From positions 129,518,001-129,582,000 of the forward strand of contig OX597819.1 in NCBI GenBank assembly GCA_951406725.2: DNA of 64,000 nt, in the 5' to 3' direction. Of this stretch, positions 11,871 to 25,281 are shown piece after piece; position 1 is the first letter of the stretch; every line of letters begins with the position of its first letter. The notes beneath the pieces were generated by a model, which was not told the DNA's origin, ran no database searches, and saw nothing but the letters and a program-made list of their open reading frames with translations. The stretch is from Octopus vulgaris (Eukaryota). The position numbers were made by a program, and so were the translations under genes.

Positions 11871-12242
11871 AGTGAGTGTGTGTGACAACTCCAGACATGT
11901 TTCAGCCTTATCAGACCTCCTTTGCAAAGAGTAACTTTCTTTGTATTTTCTAAATTGGTGATAAGGGAATCATTGTATTGTTTGTTGTACAATAATGTAT
12001 GACTTAGGCTAATTAACCTTACCTCATCCATATTAATGAGCCAATGAAGGCCTTAGACAAGGCTCCTTCCTCCAGAAAAAATAATTAAAAAACAAAATTG
12101 ATAATACAAAAACTGTGTTAGTTTTTAAAATGGTGACAGATTGGATGAGTCATTAGAGCATTGCAAAGAATGCCTGGTGGTAATATATCCCTGTCATTCT
12201 ATTTTGAGTTCAAAACACACACACACACACACAGCTGTGTGT

Positions 12243-12489
12243 TGGCTGCGGGGTCATTCCGAAAAGCTCTACCTGCGACGATTTCATCTCAATCGAAGGA
12301 GAGGAGCTTTCTCCGTCTGGGTTGCGGATCCATGGAACAAGCTGCCAGACGAGATGGTGAAGATGCCGACGACCGCTTTGTTCAAAGCCTCCCTTGACCT
12401 CAAGTGGCCTGAACTCTTTACATGAACACCACCCTGTACTTACCTCCATGTCCCCCTACATGGCCTTGCTATTTGCTTTTGAGCCAAAT

Positions 12490-12521
<32 letters not shown>
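12243..12521 (+). mobile_element. CR1-clade LINE 3' end with (TAAC)n tail
   Basis: LRGHSEKLYLRRFHLNRRRGAFSVWVADPWNKLPDEMV..FKASLD typical of the CR1 ORF2 C-terminus; same family as 44617-45030. Confidence 0.85.
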
Positions 12522-12631
12522 AAACATATACACTTTGCAAAGGAGATCTGATAAGGCTAAAACATGTCTGGAGTTTTCACCCATACTTACCAATATCCTT
12601 TCTACTACTACTGCTACTGCAGCTGCTGCTG

Positions 12632-12665
<34 letters not shown>

Positions 12666-13023
12666 GCACTCTCAAACACATATACACTCTCACATACACA
12701 CACTTATACACACTCACACTCACCACCACCACCACCATAAACATCATCACCATCATTTTAATGTTCAATTTTCCATGCTCACATAGGTTGGACAGAAATT
12801 GTTAAAGGCAGATTTTCTTTGACTAGTTGTCCTTTCTGCCACTAACCCTCGCCTGTTTCTATATAAGGTAATATCACCGCTCCCCCACCCATGGCCAGAT
12901 GCATTTTCACGAAAGACTGGCAACAAAGGACACTGCCTGATGGGATATCAAGACAAGGAGGTACCAACTCACATACACAAACACACACATGCATACACAT
13001 ACACACACATATATATATATACA

Positions 13024-13248
13024 TATTTCTTTATTACCCACAAGGGGTTACACAGAGGAGACAAACAAGGACAGACAAATGTATTAAGTCGATCACATCG
13101 ACCCCAGTGTGTAACTGGTACTTAATTTATCGACCCCGAAAGGATGAAAGGCAAAGTCAACCTCGGCGGAATTTGAACTCAGAACGTAGCGGCAGACAAA
13201 ATACCACTAGTCATTTCACCCGGATTGCAAACGATTCTGCTAGCTCGC
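13024..13248 (-). mobile_element. SINE family C
   Basis: Near-full copy with Nin-like core. Confidence 0.85.
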
Positions 13249-13742
13249 TCATGTATATACACACATATATATATACATGACAAGCATCTTTCAGTTTTTG
13301 CCTGCCAAATCCCCTCACAAAGGTTTGGTTTGCATTGGGGGTGTTGTAGTAGACATTTGCCTTAGGAGTCACACAATGGGATTAAACCCATAATTAAGTG
13401 GTTGGAAAACAAGCTTTTTAATGGCCATGTCTGAAAGAAAAGAAAGACAAGGTGGATGGTCATGACTGGAACATTTCTGATCGTAGGTGTTCTCAATCAG
13501 AGACAATGTGAGGCTAAAGAACAACGAAAACAGCAAATGATCCTCAGATTAAAAGCCAATGTTCTACTTAAGTATTACACCAAAATTCATTGTTTGCTTT
13601 TCAAATGAACAATAAATAAATCTGATTCATTCAGTAACAGAAGTGTTTTGGTTAAAAAGGAGGACTACAGTGTACAATAGTTAATGACTTTGTAGCATAC
13701 ACTTGAGTGAAATTCCTCTCCTCTCTATTATTATTTTATTTT

Positions 13743-14124
13743 GAAGCACTCCGTCGGTTACGACAACGAGGGTTCCGGTTGATCCGAATCAACGGAACAG
13801 CCTGCTCGTGAAATTAACGTGTAAGTGGCTGAGCACTCCACAGACACGTGTACCCTTAACATAGTTCTCGGGGATATTCAGCAAGACACAGAGAGTGACA
13901 AGGCCGGCCCTTTGAAATACAGGTACAACAGAAACAGGAAGTAAGAGTGAGAGAAAGTTGTGGTGAAAGAGTACAGCAGGGATCACCACCATCCCCTGCC
14001 GGAGCCTTCGTGGAGCTTTAGGTGTTTTCGCTCAATAAACACTCACAACGCCCGGTCTGGGAATCGAAACCGCGATCCTATGACTGCGAGTCCACTGCCC
14101 TAACCACTGGGCCATTGCGCCTCC
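13743..14124 (-). mobile_element. SINE family D (tRNA-Arg-like head, octopus OR-type), tail type 1
   Basis: Minus strand begins ggaggcgcaatggcccagtggttagggcagtggactcgc..gtttcgattcc (A and B boxes); ctctctattat on both flanks. Confidence 0.85.
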
Positions 14125-14623
14125 ACTCTCTATTATATATACATACATAAGAACATAGAAAATAACAGCTGGACTAACAGGATCCAAAAGGTTTGAGGAC
14201 CTTGTCTTACTCCAGTGTTATAGTTTTGGAATGATTTCTATGGCTGGATGCCTTCCTAATGCTAGCCATTTTATGAGTGGACTGGGTGCTTATTTTTTTT
14301 CTCCCATGGCATCAGCTCTAATGAGGTTGCCTTGTAATTTTGCAAGACAGAAGAGTTAAGTTGATTACATCACCCCCAGTGTTCAACTGGTGTTTATTTT
14401 ATCAACCCCAAAAGGATGAAAAGCAAAGTCAACCTTGACAGAATTTGAACTCAGAATGTAGAGATGGACAAAATGCCGCTATTTTGCCCAGCATGCTAAT
14501 GATTGTGCCAGAGGGTTGGAATTTGAGAGGGTGGGAGACAAGGTAGTTATTTTTAGAAAGGTGTTGAAGTTTCAGGAACCCATTAACTGAGATGGAGGAT
14601 CAGAGATGAGATGGTTGTTTTGA

Positions 14624-15299
14624 CCCTTTAGCACTTAAACTGGCCATATCCAGCCAAAATATTCTACATTGTTTTCAGTTCAAACTGGCCACACTTGGCC
14701 TCTCATGCATACCCCAAAATACCATTCTGAAAATAAACAATCACATAATCGAAATCTTGAGGCTACAAGATAATGTGTTATTATTCAAAAACAAATTAAA
14801 AGGTGGAAAACTGGCAGAATCCTTAGCAAGCTGGGTAAAATAGCAGCATTTTGTCCATCTTTACATTCTGAGTTCAAATTCTGGCAAAGTTGACTTTGTT
14901 TTACATCCTTTTGGGGTTGATAAAATAAACACCAGCTGCACACTAGGGGTGATGTAATCAACTTAACCCCATCCTGAAATTGCTGACCTTGTGCTAAAAA
15001 TCGAAACCGTTATTATTATTGTTAAAGCAATGAGCTGGCAGAATCATTAGCACACTGGGTAAAATGCTTAGTGGCATTTCATCCATGTTTATGCTCTGAG
15101 TTCAAATTCCTCCAAAGTCAACTTTGCTTTTCATCATTTCGAGGGCGATAAAATAAGTACCAGTTGAGCACTGGGGTCGATGTAATCGACTTAGCCCTTC
15201 CCTTGAAATTGCTGGTCTTGCGCTAAAATTTGAAACCATTATTTCAAAACTATGTGAATAGGTACGCATCACATTTGTCAGAGTAATCTAAATGGTTAA
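14624..15299 (+). mobile_element. piggyBac-type MITE carrying two tandem family C SINEs (~14800-15012, ~15025-15240)
   Basis: MITE 5' part to ~14790 resumes at ~15243 and ends ggttaa; tcaaaa(a)c at both junctions. Confidence 0.7.
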
Positions 15300-16029
15300 G
15301 CAAAGTGTTGAGCAGAATAATTATGATGTGAGGAACAGGAATTCATAGACGAATGGAGGAAGGCTGGAGTAGGGTTCAAACAGAGGTATATACCAAAATG
15401 ACACAGTGACAGACTATATGCTCATGGTAATATGTCCAAGAGATGTACAGAAAAGGGTAAGAAAGTCAGTTATAAGAATGATTCTTATCAAGTGGTTTTA
15501 GAGGTAGCAAGCCAGATAAATACAGGTACGTTTGAGGGGTACATTTACATGGAATACAAAATACAGAATACATAATAAAAATAAAAGAAAAGAATTATGT
15601 AAAGTCTATCTTGACAGCTGTTTCAGGACTGCCATAACTTATGCAATAACTACATTGATATGGAATATGTGCATGATGTCACAGGTGCGTATCACACGAT
15701 AAGTTCCAATGAAAGTGTTAAGAAGTTAGGTAAACTTCTCCAAGTGAAAGATGGCATTTATCATCTTTCGCTTGAGAAATGCAGAAATGTCATATTTTCA
15801 TAATTTATTTTGCTCAATAGTCTGTACAATTTGAGATCGCATTCAGTTTAACAATAACATGTTCATAGGGGAGCCAACGAGGGAGACTTCATCTAGTTAC
15901 TCAATCTGACAGAAATATCAGCCAAATTTCAAATCACACCCTACAATTTTAAAAAGATAATGGAAGGATCATAGGGAAAACAGGTTTAGTTTGCGTAATA
16001 TTGGCTAATATGAGTTACACTACAACAAT

Positions 16030-19000
16030 CTGTATGAATAGGCAAGACAGCAAGTAAGCCTCTACATGGTTTCTTGATATGCTAGAAAGAGCAGCAAAAT
16101 TACCCTTAAACCAAACCTTTAAAAGATGACAGGATGGTCACAGCTGTAATGTCTCTGAATAGGCAGGACAGCAAGAAAGACTCTACGTGGTTTTTTCTTA
16201 CGCTAGAAATAGCAGCCAAATTACCCTTAAACCGAAACTTTAAAAGATGACAGGATGGTCACAGCAGTAATGTCTTTGAATGGGCAAGACAGCAAAAAAG
16301 CCTCTACATGGATTCTTTATATGCTAGAAATAGTAGCCAAATTACCCATTAAACCACACCTTATAAAGATGACAGGATGGTCACAGCTTTAATGTCTTTG
16401 AATAGGCAAGACAGCATGTATGCCTCTGCAAGGCCTCTTTATGAACTAGAAATAGCAGCCAAATTACCCTTAAACCAAACCTTTAAAGATAACAGGATGG
16501 TCACAGATGCAATGTCTTTGAATAGGCAAGACAGCATGTAAGCCTCTACATCGTTTCTAGATATGCTAGAAATAGCAATCAAATTACCCTTAAACCACAC
16601 GTTTAAAACATGACAGGAAGGTCACAGCTGTAATGTCTATGAATAGGCAAGACAGAAAGTAAGCCTCTACCTGGTTTCTTGATATGCTAGAAATAGCAGC
16701 CAAATTATCCTTACACCAAACCTTTAAAATATGAGAGGATGGTCAAAACTGTAATGTCTTTGAATAGGCAAGACAACAAGTAAGTCTCTACCCATAAACC
16801 AACCTTTAAAAGATGACAGCATGGTCAAAGCTGTAATGTCTATGAATAGGCAAGACACCAAGTAAGCCTCTACCTGGTTTCTTGATATGCTAGAAATAGC
16901 AGCCAAATTATCCTTACACCAAACCTTTAACATATGAGAGGATGGTCACAGCTGTGATGTCTTTGAATAGGCAAGACAAGTAAGTCTCTACACATAAACC
17001 GAACCTTTAAAAGATGACAGGATGGTCACAGCTGTAATGTCTATGAATAGGCAAGACAGCAAGTAAGCCTCTACATGGTTTCTTGATATGCTAGAAATAG
17101 CAGCCAAATTACCCTTAAACCAAACCTTTAAAAGATGACAGGATGGTCACAGATGTAATGTCTTTGAATAGGCAAGACAGCAAGTAAGCCTCTACATGGT
17201 TTCTGTATATGCTAGAAATAGCAGCTAAATTTCCATTAAAGAACACCTTTAAAAGATGACAGGATGGTCACAGATGTAATGTCTTCGAATAGGCAAGACA
17301 GCAAGTAAGCCTCTACATGGTTTCTTGATATGCTAGAAAGAGCAGCCAAATCACCCTTAAACCAAACCTGTGAAAGATGACAGGATGGTCACAGATGTAA
17401 TGTCTTTGAATGGGCAAGACAGCAAGTAAGCCTCTACATGGTTTCTTCATATGCTAGAAAGAGCAGCTAAATTTCCATTAAACCACACCTTTAAAAGATG
17501 ACAGGATGGTCACAACTGTAACGTCTTCGAATAGGTAAGGCAGCAAGTTAGCCTCTACATGGTTTCTGTATATGCTAGAAATAGCAGCTAAATTTCCATT
17601 AAACCACATCTTTAAAAGATGACATGATGGTCAAGATGTAATGTTTTGAATAGGCAAGACAGCAAGTAAGCCTCTACATGGTTTCTACATATGCTAGAAA
17701 TAGCAGCCAAATTACCCTTAAACCAAACAGCTGTAATGTCTTTGAACAGGCAAGACTGTAAGTGAGCCTCTATATGGTTCTTGATATGCTAGAAAGAGCA
17801 GCCAAATTACCCTTAAACCAAATCTTTAAAAGATGACAGGATGGTCACAGATGTAATGTCTTTGAATAGGCAAGACAGCAAGTAAGCCTCTACATGGTTT
17901 CTTGACATGCTAGAAATAGCAGCCAAATTTATCTTAAACCAAACCTATCAAAGATGAGACATTATTCGGAGACATTACAGGTCAAAGCTGTAATGTCTTT
18001 GAATAGGCAAGACAGCAAGTAAGCCTCTACATGGTTTCTTGATATGCTAGAAATAGCAGCTAAATTTCCATTAAACCACACCTTTAAAAGATGACAGGAT
18101 GGTCATCGATGTAATGCCTTTGAATAGGGAAGACAGCAAGTAAGCCTCTACATGGTTTCTTGATATGCTAGAAATAGCAGCTAAATATATCTTAAACCAC
18201 ACCTTTAAAAGATGACAGGATGGTCACAGATGTAATGTCTTTGAATAGGCAAGACAGCAAGCAAGCCTCTACATGGTTTTTGTATATGCTAGAAATAGCA
18301 GCTAAATTTCCATTAAGCCACACCTTAAAAAGATGACAGGATGGTCACAACTGTAATGTCTTTGAATAGGCAAGACAGCAAGCAAGCCTCTACATGGTTT
18401 CTGTATATGCTAGAAATAGCAGCTAAATTTCCATTAAACCACACCTTTAAAAGTTGACAGGATGGTCACAGATGTAATGTCTTCGAATAGGCAAGACAGC
18501 AAGTATGCCTCTACATGGTTTCTTGATATGCTAGAAATAGCAGCCAAATTTCCTTAAACCAAACCTTTAAAAGATGACAGGATGGTCACAGATGTAATGT
18601 CTTTGAATAGGCAAGACAGCAAGTAAGCCTCTACATGGTTTCTTGATATGCTAGAAATAGCAGCTAAATTTCCATTAAACCACACCTTTAAAAGATGACA
18701 GGATGGTCACAACTGTAATGTCTTGAATAGGCAAGGCAGCAAGTAAGCCTCTACATGGTTTCTGTATATGCTAGAAATAGCAGCTAAATTTCTATTAAAC
18801 CACACCTTTAAAAGATGACAGGATGGTCACAATGTAATGTCTTTGAATAGGCAAGACAGCAAGTAAGCCTCTACATGGTTTCTACATATGCTAGAAATAG
18901 CAGCCAATTTACCTACATGGTTTCTTGATATGCTAGAAATAGCAGCTAAATTTCCATTAAACCACACCTTTAAAAGATGACAGGATGGTCACAACTGTAA

Positions 19001-20851
19001 CGTCTTCGAATAGGTAAGGCAGTAAGTAAGCCTCTACATGGTTTCTGTATATGCTAGAAATAGCAGCTAAATTTCCATTAAACCACACCTTTAAAAGATG
19101 ATATGATGGTCACAGATGTAATGTCTTTGAATAGGCAAGACACAAGTAAGCCTCTACATGGTTTATTCACATGCTAGAAATAGCAGCTAAATTTCCATTA
19201 AACCACACCTTTAAAAGATGACAGGATGGTCACAACTGTAATGTCTTTGAATAGGCAAGACACAAGTAAGCCTCTACATGGTTTCTTGACATGCTAGAAA
19301 CAGCAGCCAAATTTATCTTAAACCAATCCTTTAAAAGATGACAGGATGGTCACAGATGTAATGTCTTTGAATAGGCAAGACAGCAAGTAAGCCTCTACAT
19401 GGTTTCTTGATATGCTAGAAATAGCAGCTAAATTTCCATTAAACCACACCTTTAAAAGATGACAGGATGGTCACAACTGTAATGTCTTTGAATAGGCAAG
19501 ACAGCAAGTAAGCCTCTACATGGTTTCTTGATATGCTAGAAATAGCAGCTAAATTTCCATTAAACCACACCTTTAAAAGATGACAGGATGGTCACAGATG
19601 TAAAGTCTTTGAATAGGCAAGACAGCAAGTAAGCCTCTACATGGTTTATTCACATGCTAGAAATAGCAGCTAAATTTCCATTAAACCACACCTTTAAAAG
19701 ATGACAGGATGGTCACAACTGTAATATCTTTGAATAGGCAAGAAAGCAAGTAAGCCTCTACATGGTTTCTTGATATGCTAGAAATAGCAGCTAAATTTAT
19801 CTTGAACCACACCTTAAAAAGATGACAGGATGGACACAGATGCAATGTTTTTGAATAGGCAAGACTGCAACTAAGGCTCTACATGGTTTCTTTATGCTAG
19901 AAATAGCAGCTAAATTTCCATTAAACCACACCTTTAAAAGATGACAGGATGGTCACAACTGTAATGTCTCCGAATAGGCAAGGCAGCAAGTAAGCCTCTA
20001 CATGGTTTCTGTATATGCTAGAAATAGCAGCTAAATTTCCATTAAACCACACCTTTAAAAGATGACAGGATGGTCACAGATGTAATGTCTTTGAATAGGC
20101 AAGACAGCAAGTAAGCCTCTACATGGTTTCTTGATATGCTAGAAAGAGCAGCCAAATTACCCTTAAACCAAACCTTTAAAAGATGACAGGATGGTCACAG
20201 ATGTAATGTCTTTGAATAGGCAAGACAGGAAGTAAGCCTCTACATGGTTTCTTGATATGCTAGAAATAGCAGCTAAATTTCCATTAAACCACACCTTTAA
20301 AAGATGACAGGATGGTCACAACTGTAATGTCTTCGAATAGGTAAGGCAGTAAGTAAGCCTCAACATGGTTTCTGTATATGCTAGAAATAGCAGCTAAATT
20401 TCTATTAAACCACACCTTTAAAATATGACATGATGGCCACGGTGTAATGTCTTTGAATAGGCAAGACAGCAAGGAAGCCTCTACATTGTTTCTACATATG
20501 CTAGAAATAGCAGCCAATTTACCTACATGGTTTCTTGATATGCTGGAAATAGCAGCTAAATTTCCATTAAACCACATCTTTAAAAGATGACATGATGGTC
20601 ACAGATGTAATGTCTTTGAATAGGCAAGACAGCAAGTAAGCCTCTACATGGTTTCTACATATGCTAGAAATAGCAGCCAATTTACCCTTAAACCAAAGAT
20701 GACAGGATGGTCACAGATATAATGTCTTTGAATAGGTAAGACAGCAAGTAAGCTTCTACATGGATTCTTGATATGTTAGAAATAGCAGCTAAATTTCCAT
20801 TAAACCACACCTTTAAAAGATGACAGGATGGTTACAGCTGCAATGTCTTTG
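16030..20851 (+). repeat. Tandem satellite, 121-bp monomer, ~40 copies (intronic)
   Basis: gaataggcaagacagcaagtaagcctctacatggtttcttgatatgctagaaatagcagc...ggatggtcacagatgtaatgtcttt recurs every 121 bp (16036, 16157 ...) with some truncated units. Confidence 0.97.
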
Positions 20852-20886
20852 ACACAGAGATCAGAATTGATGAGAACTGAACTTAA

Positions 20887-21953
20887 CCCTTTCGTTACCA
20901 AACCGCCCGAAAAATATTTTGGTTTATGTGACCAAGCCGCCCAAAACCGCCCGAATTTACCTATCCATATTTAAATGAGAATATCAGAGCAAATCTATTT
21001 AGTACATTCGTGAAAACACGTATTATTCTTCGTAAAGAGTTCAACTACAGTTTTGTACAAAAATCGAAGTGCAATTTTAATTCCGTGAATTTTGGGAGAA
21101 TTCTTTCCGAAATTTGTTCCTATTGTGTTTTCAAAATTTGTAATTCTGACAAAAAATGGATACGAATTTCATTATATCAAGCAGCGAGTCAGAATTCGAA
21201 TGATTTTCTACTGAAGACCTTCATAAATCTAACTCTATGACTGAGAAAAAAAAGCACGTGGTATTTGATAATGAATCTGATGTTTCATTTTTCGAAAGTG
21301 AAAACAGTGAATCCGAGAGCTCCGACAGTGATAAAGAAAATGAATTGGCACCTGAATGGAGTGAAAATTTAAAAACTGTTTCTTTCGGTGATTTTTCTGA
21401 AGAAACTGGACCAAGCCACAGACTTTCCCAGAAGAGTAAAGCCTTAGACTATTTCTTTTTACTTTTTCGAATGAGCCTATTTGAAATCATTACGGTGGAA
21501 ACGAACTGTTACGCTAAATGTAAACAAAACGAAAGAAAGTGGTTTCCTATAACCTTAAATGAAATTAAGACTATTTTGCCATAAATATTATTATGGGTAT
21601 CAGAAAGTTACCCAGAATAACAAATTCTATCGTAAAATTTTGTTGTATACTCAATTGAATATTAGCTAATAACTCATTTTCTATAGCGATGTTTGAACAA
21701 AATTTTAATAATTTTATATTTTGTTGAATTTACCTGTATCTACCTGCAATTAGAGTCACTTTGTGACAAAAATTATAGTATAGAATTGGTTGAGAACATT
21801 TCATTAAATTATCTTCCAAAATTCACGTTAATATATTGATAAATAAAAAAGTTATAGTTGTTTAATGAAACCAGACTAAATTTATGATTACGTTAGAAAT
21901 TAATTGAAACACATAAGGGGTGTATTTTGGTCAGAAATATAGTAACGAAAGGG
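20887..21953 (+). mobile_element. Internally deleted piggyBac transposon with an N-terminal transposase remnant (ORF 21237-21584)
   Basis: TTAA TSD (20883-20886, 21954-21957); TIR ccctttcgttac; acidic N-terminus then DYFFLLF..LFEIITVETNCYA..WFPITLNEIK and frameshifted IIMGIRKLPRI, as in piggyBac transposases. Confidence 0.9.
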
Positions 21954-22199
21954 TTAAGGTCAAACAACAATACATACAAGACATGCCAAAGACAGGAATT
22001 TTGTGGGGTCAATCATCCTGCTAGAAGGAACAACTAAATCTTCCTTAGATCTATCATCTTAAAATAAAAAAAGGCCAGATGGTCATGACTGGAATGCCTC
22101 TGATCACAAAGTCTGCTTTGCTCAGTGTTGACTGGAGGGGTTAAATAACAGCAGCATCAGAAAAAGATAGTTTCCAAAACAATCTGAGTTGGGACTCAC

Positions 22200-22338
22200 C
22201 AAGGATCATACATCCATGTACTTTGTACTCGGCTACCTTCAAGTCCAGCCACATCATAAAATGAGACAAGATCCATGGTTGCACCTTCTGTACCATTGAT
22301 GTGAAATTCTCCTTCATTCCCATGAGATCACCAGACAT
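22200..22338 (-). CDS. Probable first coding exon of the minus-strand gene (exon 22200-22365, ATG at 22338): MSGDLMGMKENFTSMVQKVQPWILSHFMMWLDLKVAEYKVHGCMIL
   Basis: Acceptor ttttttttaccttttag| at 22366/22365; donor CTTG|gtgagt at 22200/22199; AACATCATGT start context; phase-1 end joins in frame to the 6923 exon. Confidence 0.7.
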
Positions 22339-22462
22339 GATGTTTCTTGAGATTGCGTCAACCAACTAAAAGGTAAAAAAAAAAAAGAACAAAAAATTTC
22401 TTACATTTATTTGCCACAAGGATTTGTGTGTGTGTGTGTATAAGGTTTAGCACAAGAATGTA

Positions 22463-23690
22463 CGAGGGGCATTCAATAAGTAATGCCCCTGGCCCACTTG
22501 CAGTTGTTTGATCTAGGTGAAATTTTGCATGTGCAATTATTTATATCTCTATGGATTAAGTGGCAAATTACAGCTCTGAACTAATTGTGGTTTCTGATTT
22601 ACAGGTGTTTGAACTGAGTCAAGTGTGAAATGGAGCCTGTTGAGGGTCGAGCAGTGATCCGGTTTTTGTATTTGAAAGGACGCACACCACGGGAGACTTT
22701 TGATGAAATGAATGTAACTTATGGTGATGATGCCCCATCATATGACCTTGTAAAACGCTGGCATCGTGAATTCAAACATGGTTGGAACTCTGTGGAAACA
22801 GCTCCCAGATCTGGTCGCCCCTTATGCCATTGATGAGGCATCTGTCCGTCAAGTTGAGGCTGCCATTTTGGAAGATCGATGCATAACTATTCACCAAATA
22901 GCCCATGAGGTCAAGATTAGTACAAGGTCTATGGAAACTATCATTCATGACCATTTGCATATGCAAAAGGTGTCTGCCAGATGGATTCCCAGGTTGCTCA
23001 CACCATTCCAGAAGCAAGAACGCGTCGAGTGCTCGAGGATGAATTTGGAGATGTGCCAAGAAGACGAGTCAAATTTTTTTAAAAGACTGATTACACAGGA
23101 TGAAACCTGGGTCCATCACTATGATCCAGAGACCAAAGCCCAGTCAATGCAGTGGAAGCACCGTGACTCACCTCTAGGACGGAGTAGTGATGACAGATTT
23201 CCTGGCAAAGGGTACCACAATTACAGGAGCCTATTATGCTTCTTTTTGAGGAAATTAAGAGAAGCTATCAAAATCAAGAGGCAGGGCAAGATCAGCAAAG
23301 GCATCCTCCTCCTGCAGGACAACGCTCTGGTTCACAACTCGCGTGTCGCTAAATCAGAAGCACAGGCGTGCGGCTATGAACTCCTCTCCCATCCCCCCTA
23401 CTCTCCTGACCTTGCACCCTTTGATTTTCACCTCTTCCCAGCCATGGAGTTGTTTTTGAAAGGAAAGCGTTTCCCAGATGATGCAGCCTTGATTTCTGAA
23501 GTCACGTCGTGGTTGGAGGACCAAGCTAGGGCCTTCTACAAAAACGGTCTCCAGAGCCGCATCAAACGATGGGAGAAATGCATAACTCTGGGTGGTTCCT
23601 ATGTAGAAAAAGACTAATAACTGTGCCAAGTTTCGTTGCTCTACTGCTATGGGAAGTGGGTCAGGGGCATTACTTACTGAACGCCCCTCG
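22463..23690 (+). mobile_element. Mariner (DD34D) transposon with frameshifted, internally deleted transposase (22630-23617)
   Basis: TA TSD; TIR cgaggggcattcaataagtaatgcccctg / caggggcattacttactgaacgcccctcg; WIPRLL, TQDETW, QDNA and HPPYSPDLAPFD motifs (34 residues between 2nd and 3rd D). Confidence 0.95.
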
Positions 23691-24052
23691 TAATATGCCT
23701 TAAGACATCTTAAAACTGTGAACAAATACAAATAAATCATATGTATTACACACACACATATCATCATCATCGTTTTAACATTGCTTTTTCCATTCTTGCA
23801 ACATTTAGGTGGAATTTATTGAGGCAAATTTTCTACAGTTGGATGCTCTTCCAGTCACAAACTCTCACCTGTTTCCAAGCAAGGTGATATTTCCCCATGA
23901 CTGTTTGATGGCAACAGAAACACACACACAAACAGCCATCTGTCTGTCTGTCTATCTATCTATCCATATCCATATCTATATCTATATCTATCTATATATA
24001 TATATTGGCTAAACTGGCAAAATGACCATTCCTAAATACAACAATATATATA

Positions 24053-25281
24053 TTGGGTCATCCCATATAATGCAGTTTTTTCAATTGCATGGTCTAAAAG
24101 TCGGATGGGGATGGGATAAACTACCTGCATCAACTTGCTATAAAAGCAGGTAGTAATTTTACCATGTATTTATTCTTAGTGTAAGTTTTGAAGAGTGCAG
24201 TTCGATTTTAACACTATTCTTTCAAAGCTATAATGGAAGTGACAAAGGAGCATATTCGGCATATTTTGCTTTATGAGTTCAATAAAAGCAACAACGCAAC
24301 GGAAAGTGCAAATAATATTAACGCAGTATATGGGGATCGGACAATAAGCATAAGCCAGTGTCAACAGACGGAAACTACATCCTAGAAGACAAGCCTCATC
24401 ATGGAGGATCTGTATAGCTTGACAAGGACATCCTGCAAACTTTGGTGGAACAAAATCCCATCGTAACTGTTGAAGAACTAGCAGAGAAGCTTGGATTTGG
24501 TCATTCAATCATTCATCGACACCTGTATGCCATTGGAAAAGTCAGCAAATTGGGTCAATGGGTTCTGAGTCCAATTGTGTGCAGAAAGTGAATATGTGCT
24601 CTTCTTTGCTGTCACATCCCACAAATGAACCTTTTTTAGACCAAATAGTGACTGGTGATGAGAAATGGGTTCTCTATAAAAATGTCAAGCACCGAAGACA
24701 GTGAGCAGGGAAAGGGGAAACACCAGCATCCCAGGCTAAAGAAGGCCTTCACCTACCTAAAGTGTTGTAATCTGTTTGGTGGGATATGAAAGGTTTAGTC
24801 CACTTTGAACTTTTAAACCCAAACCAAACAATAACAAAGGAGATCTACTGTGAGCAAATTGAGCGGCTTAAGTTAGCGCTAGAAAAGAAACGACCATCTT
24901 TGGTTTCAAGACAAAAGCTGTTCTTTCATCAGGATAATGCTTGGCCACATACAGCGAGGATGACATTCCAAAGGTTGGAGCAGTTTCAATGGAAAACGAT
25001 GCCCCACCCACCAGACATTACCCCATCTGATTATCATTTATCCTGCTGTCTTCAAAATCATTTGAACAGAAAATATATGAATTCTGTAGACGTGGTCAGA
25101 ACAATACTGGAGGAGTATTTTTTGTCAGACAAATGAATTTTGGAAGAAGGGCCTTGCAAGTCTACTAGATAGATGAAAGAGCATTGTAGAAAATGAAAAA
25201 GAGTATATTTTAGATTAAAAAAGAACTTTGTTTTTCTTAATTTTGAAAAAGTATAAAAAAAACATTTATGGGATGACCCAA
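24053..25281 (+). mobile_element. Second mariner transposon, degenerate transposase (~24233-25217)
   Basis: TA TSD; TIR ttgggtcatcccat / atgggatgacccaa; MEVTKEHIRHILLYEF start, VTGDEKW, HQDNAWPH, PDITPSDYHL; stops and frameshifts. Confidence 0.92.

Noticed and set aside
16030-20851. CRISPR-like array
   Set aside because: Whole 121-bp units repeat with no unique spacers, there are no cas genes, and the context is eukaryotic; it is a satellite
22463-25281. Active mariner transposases
   Set aside because: Both copies have frameshifts, stops or internal deletions
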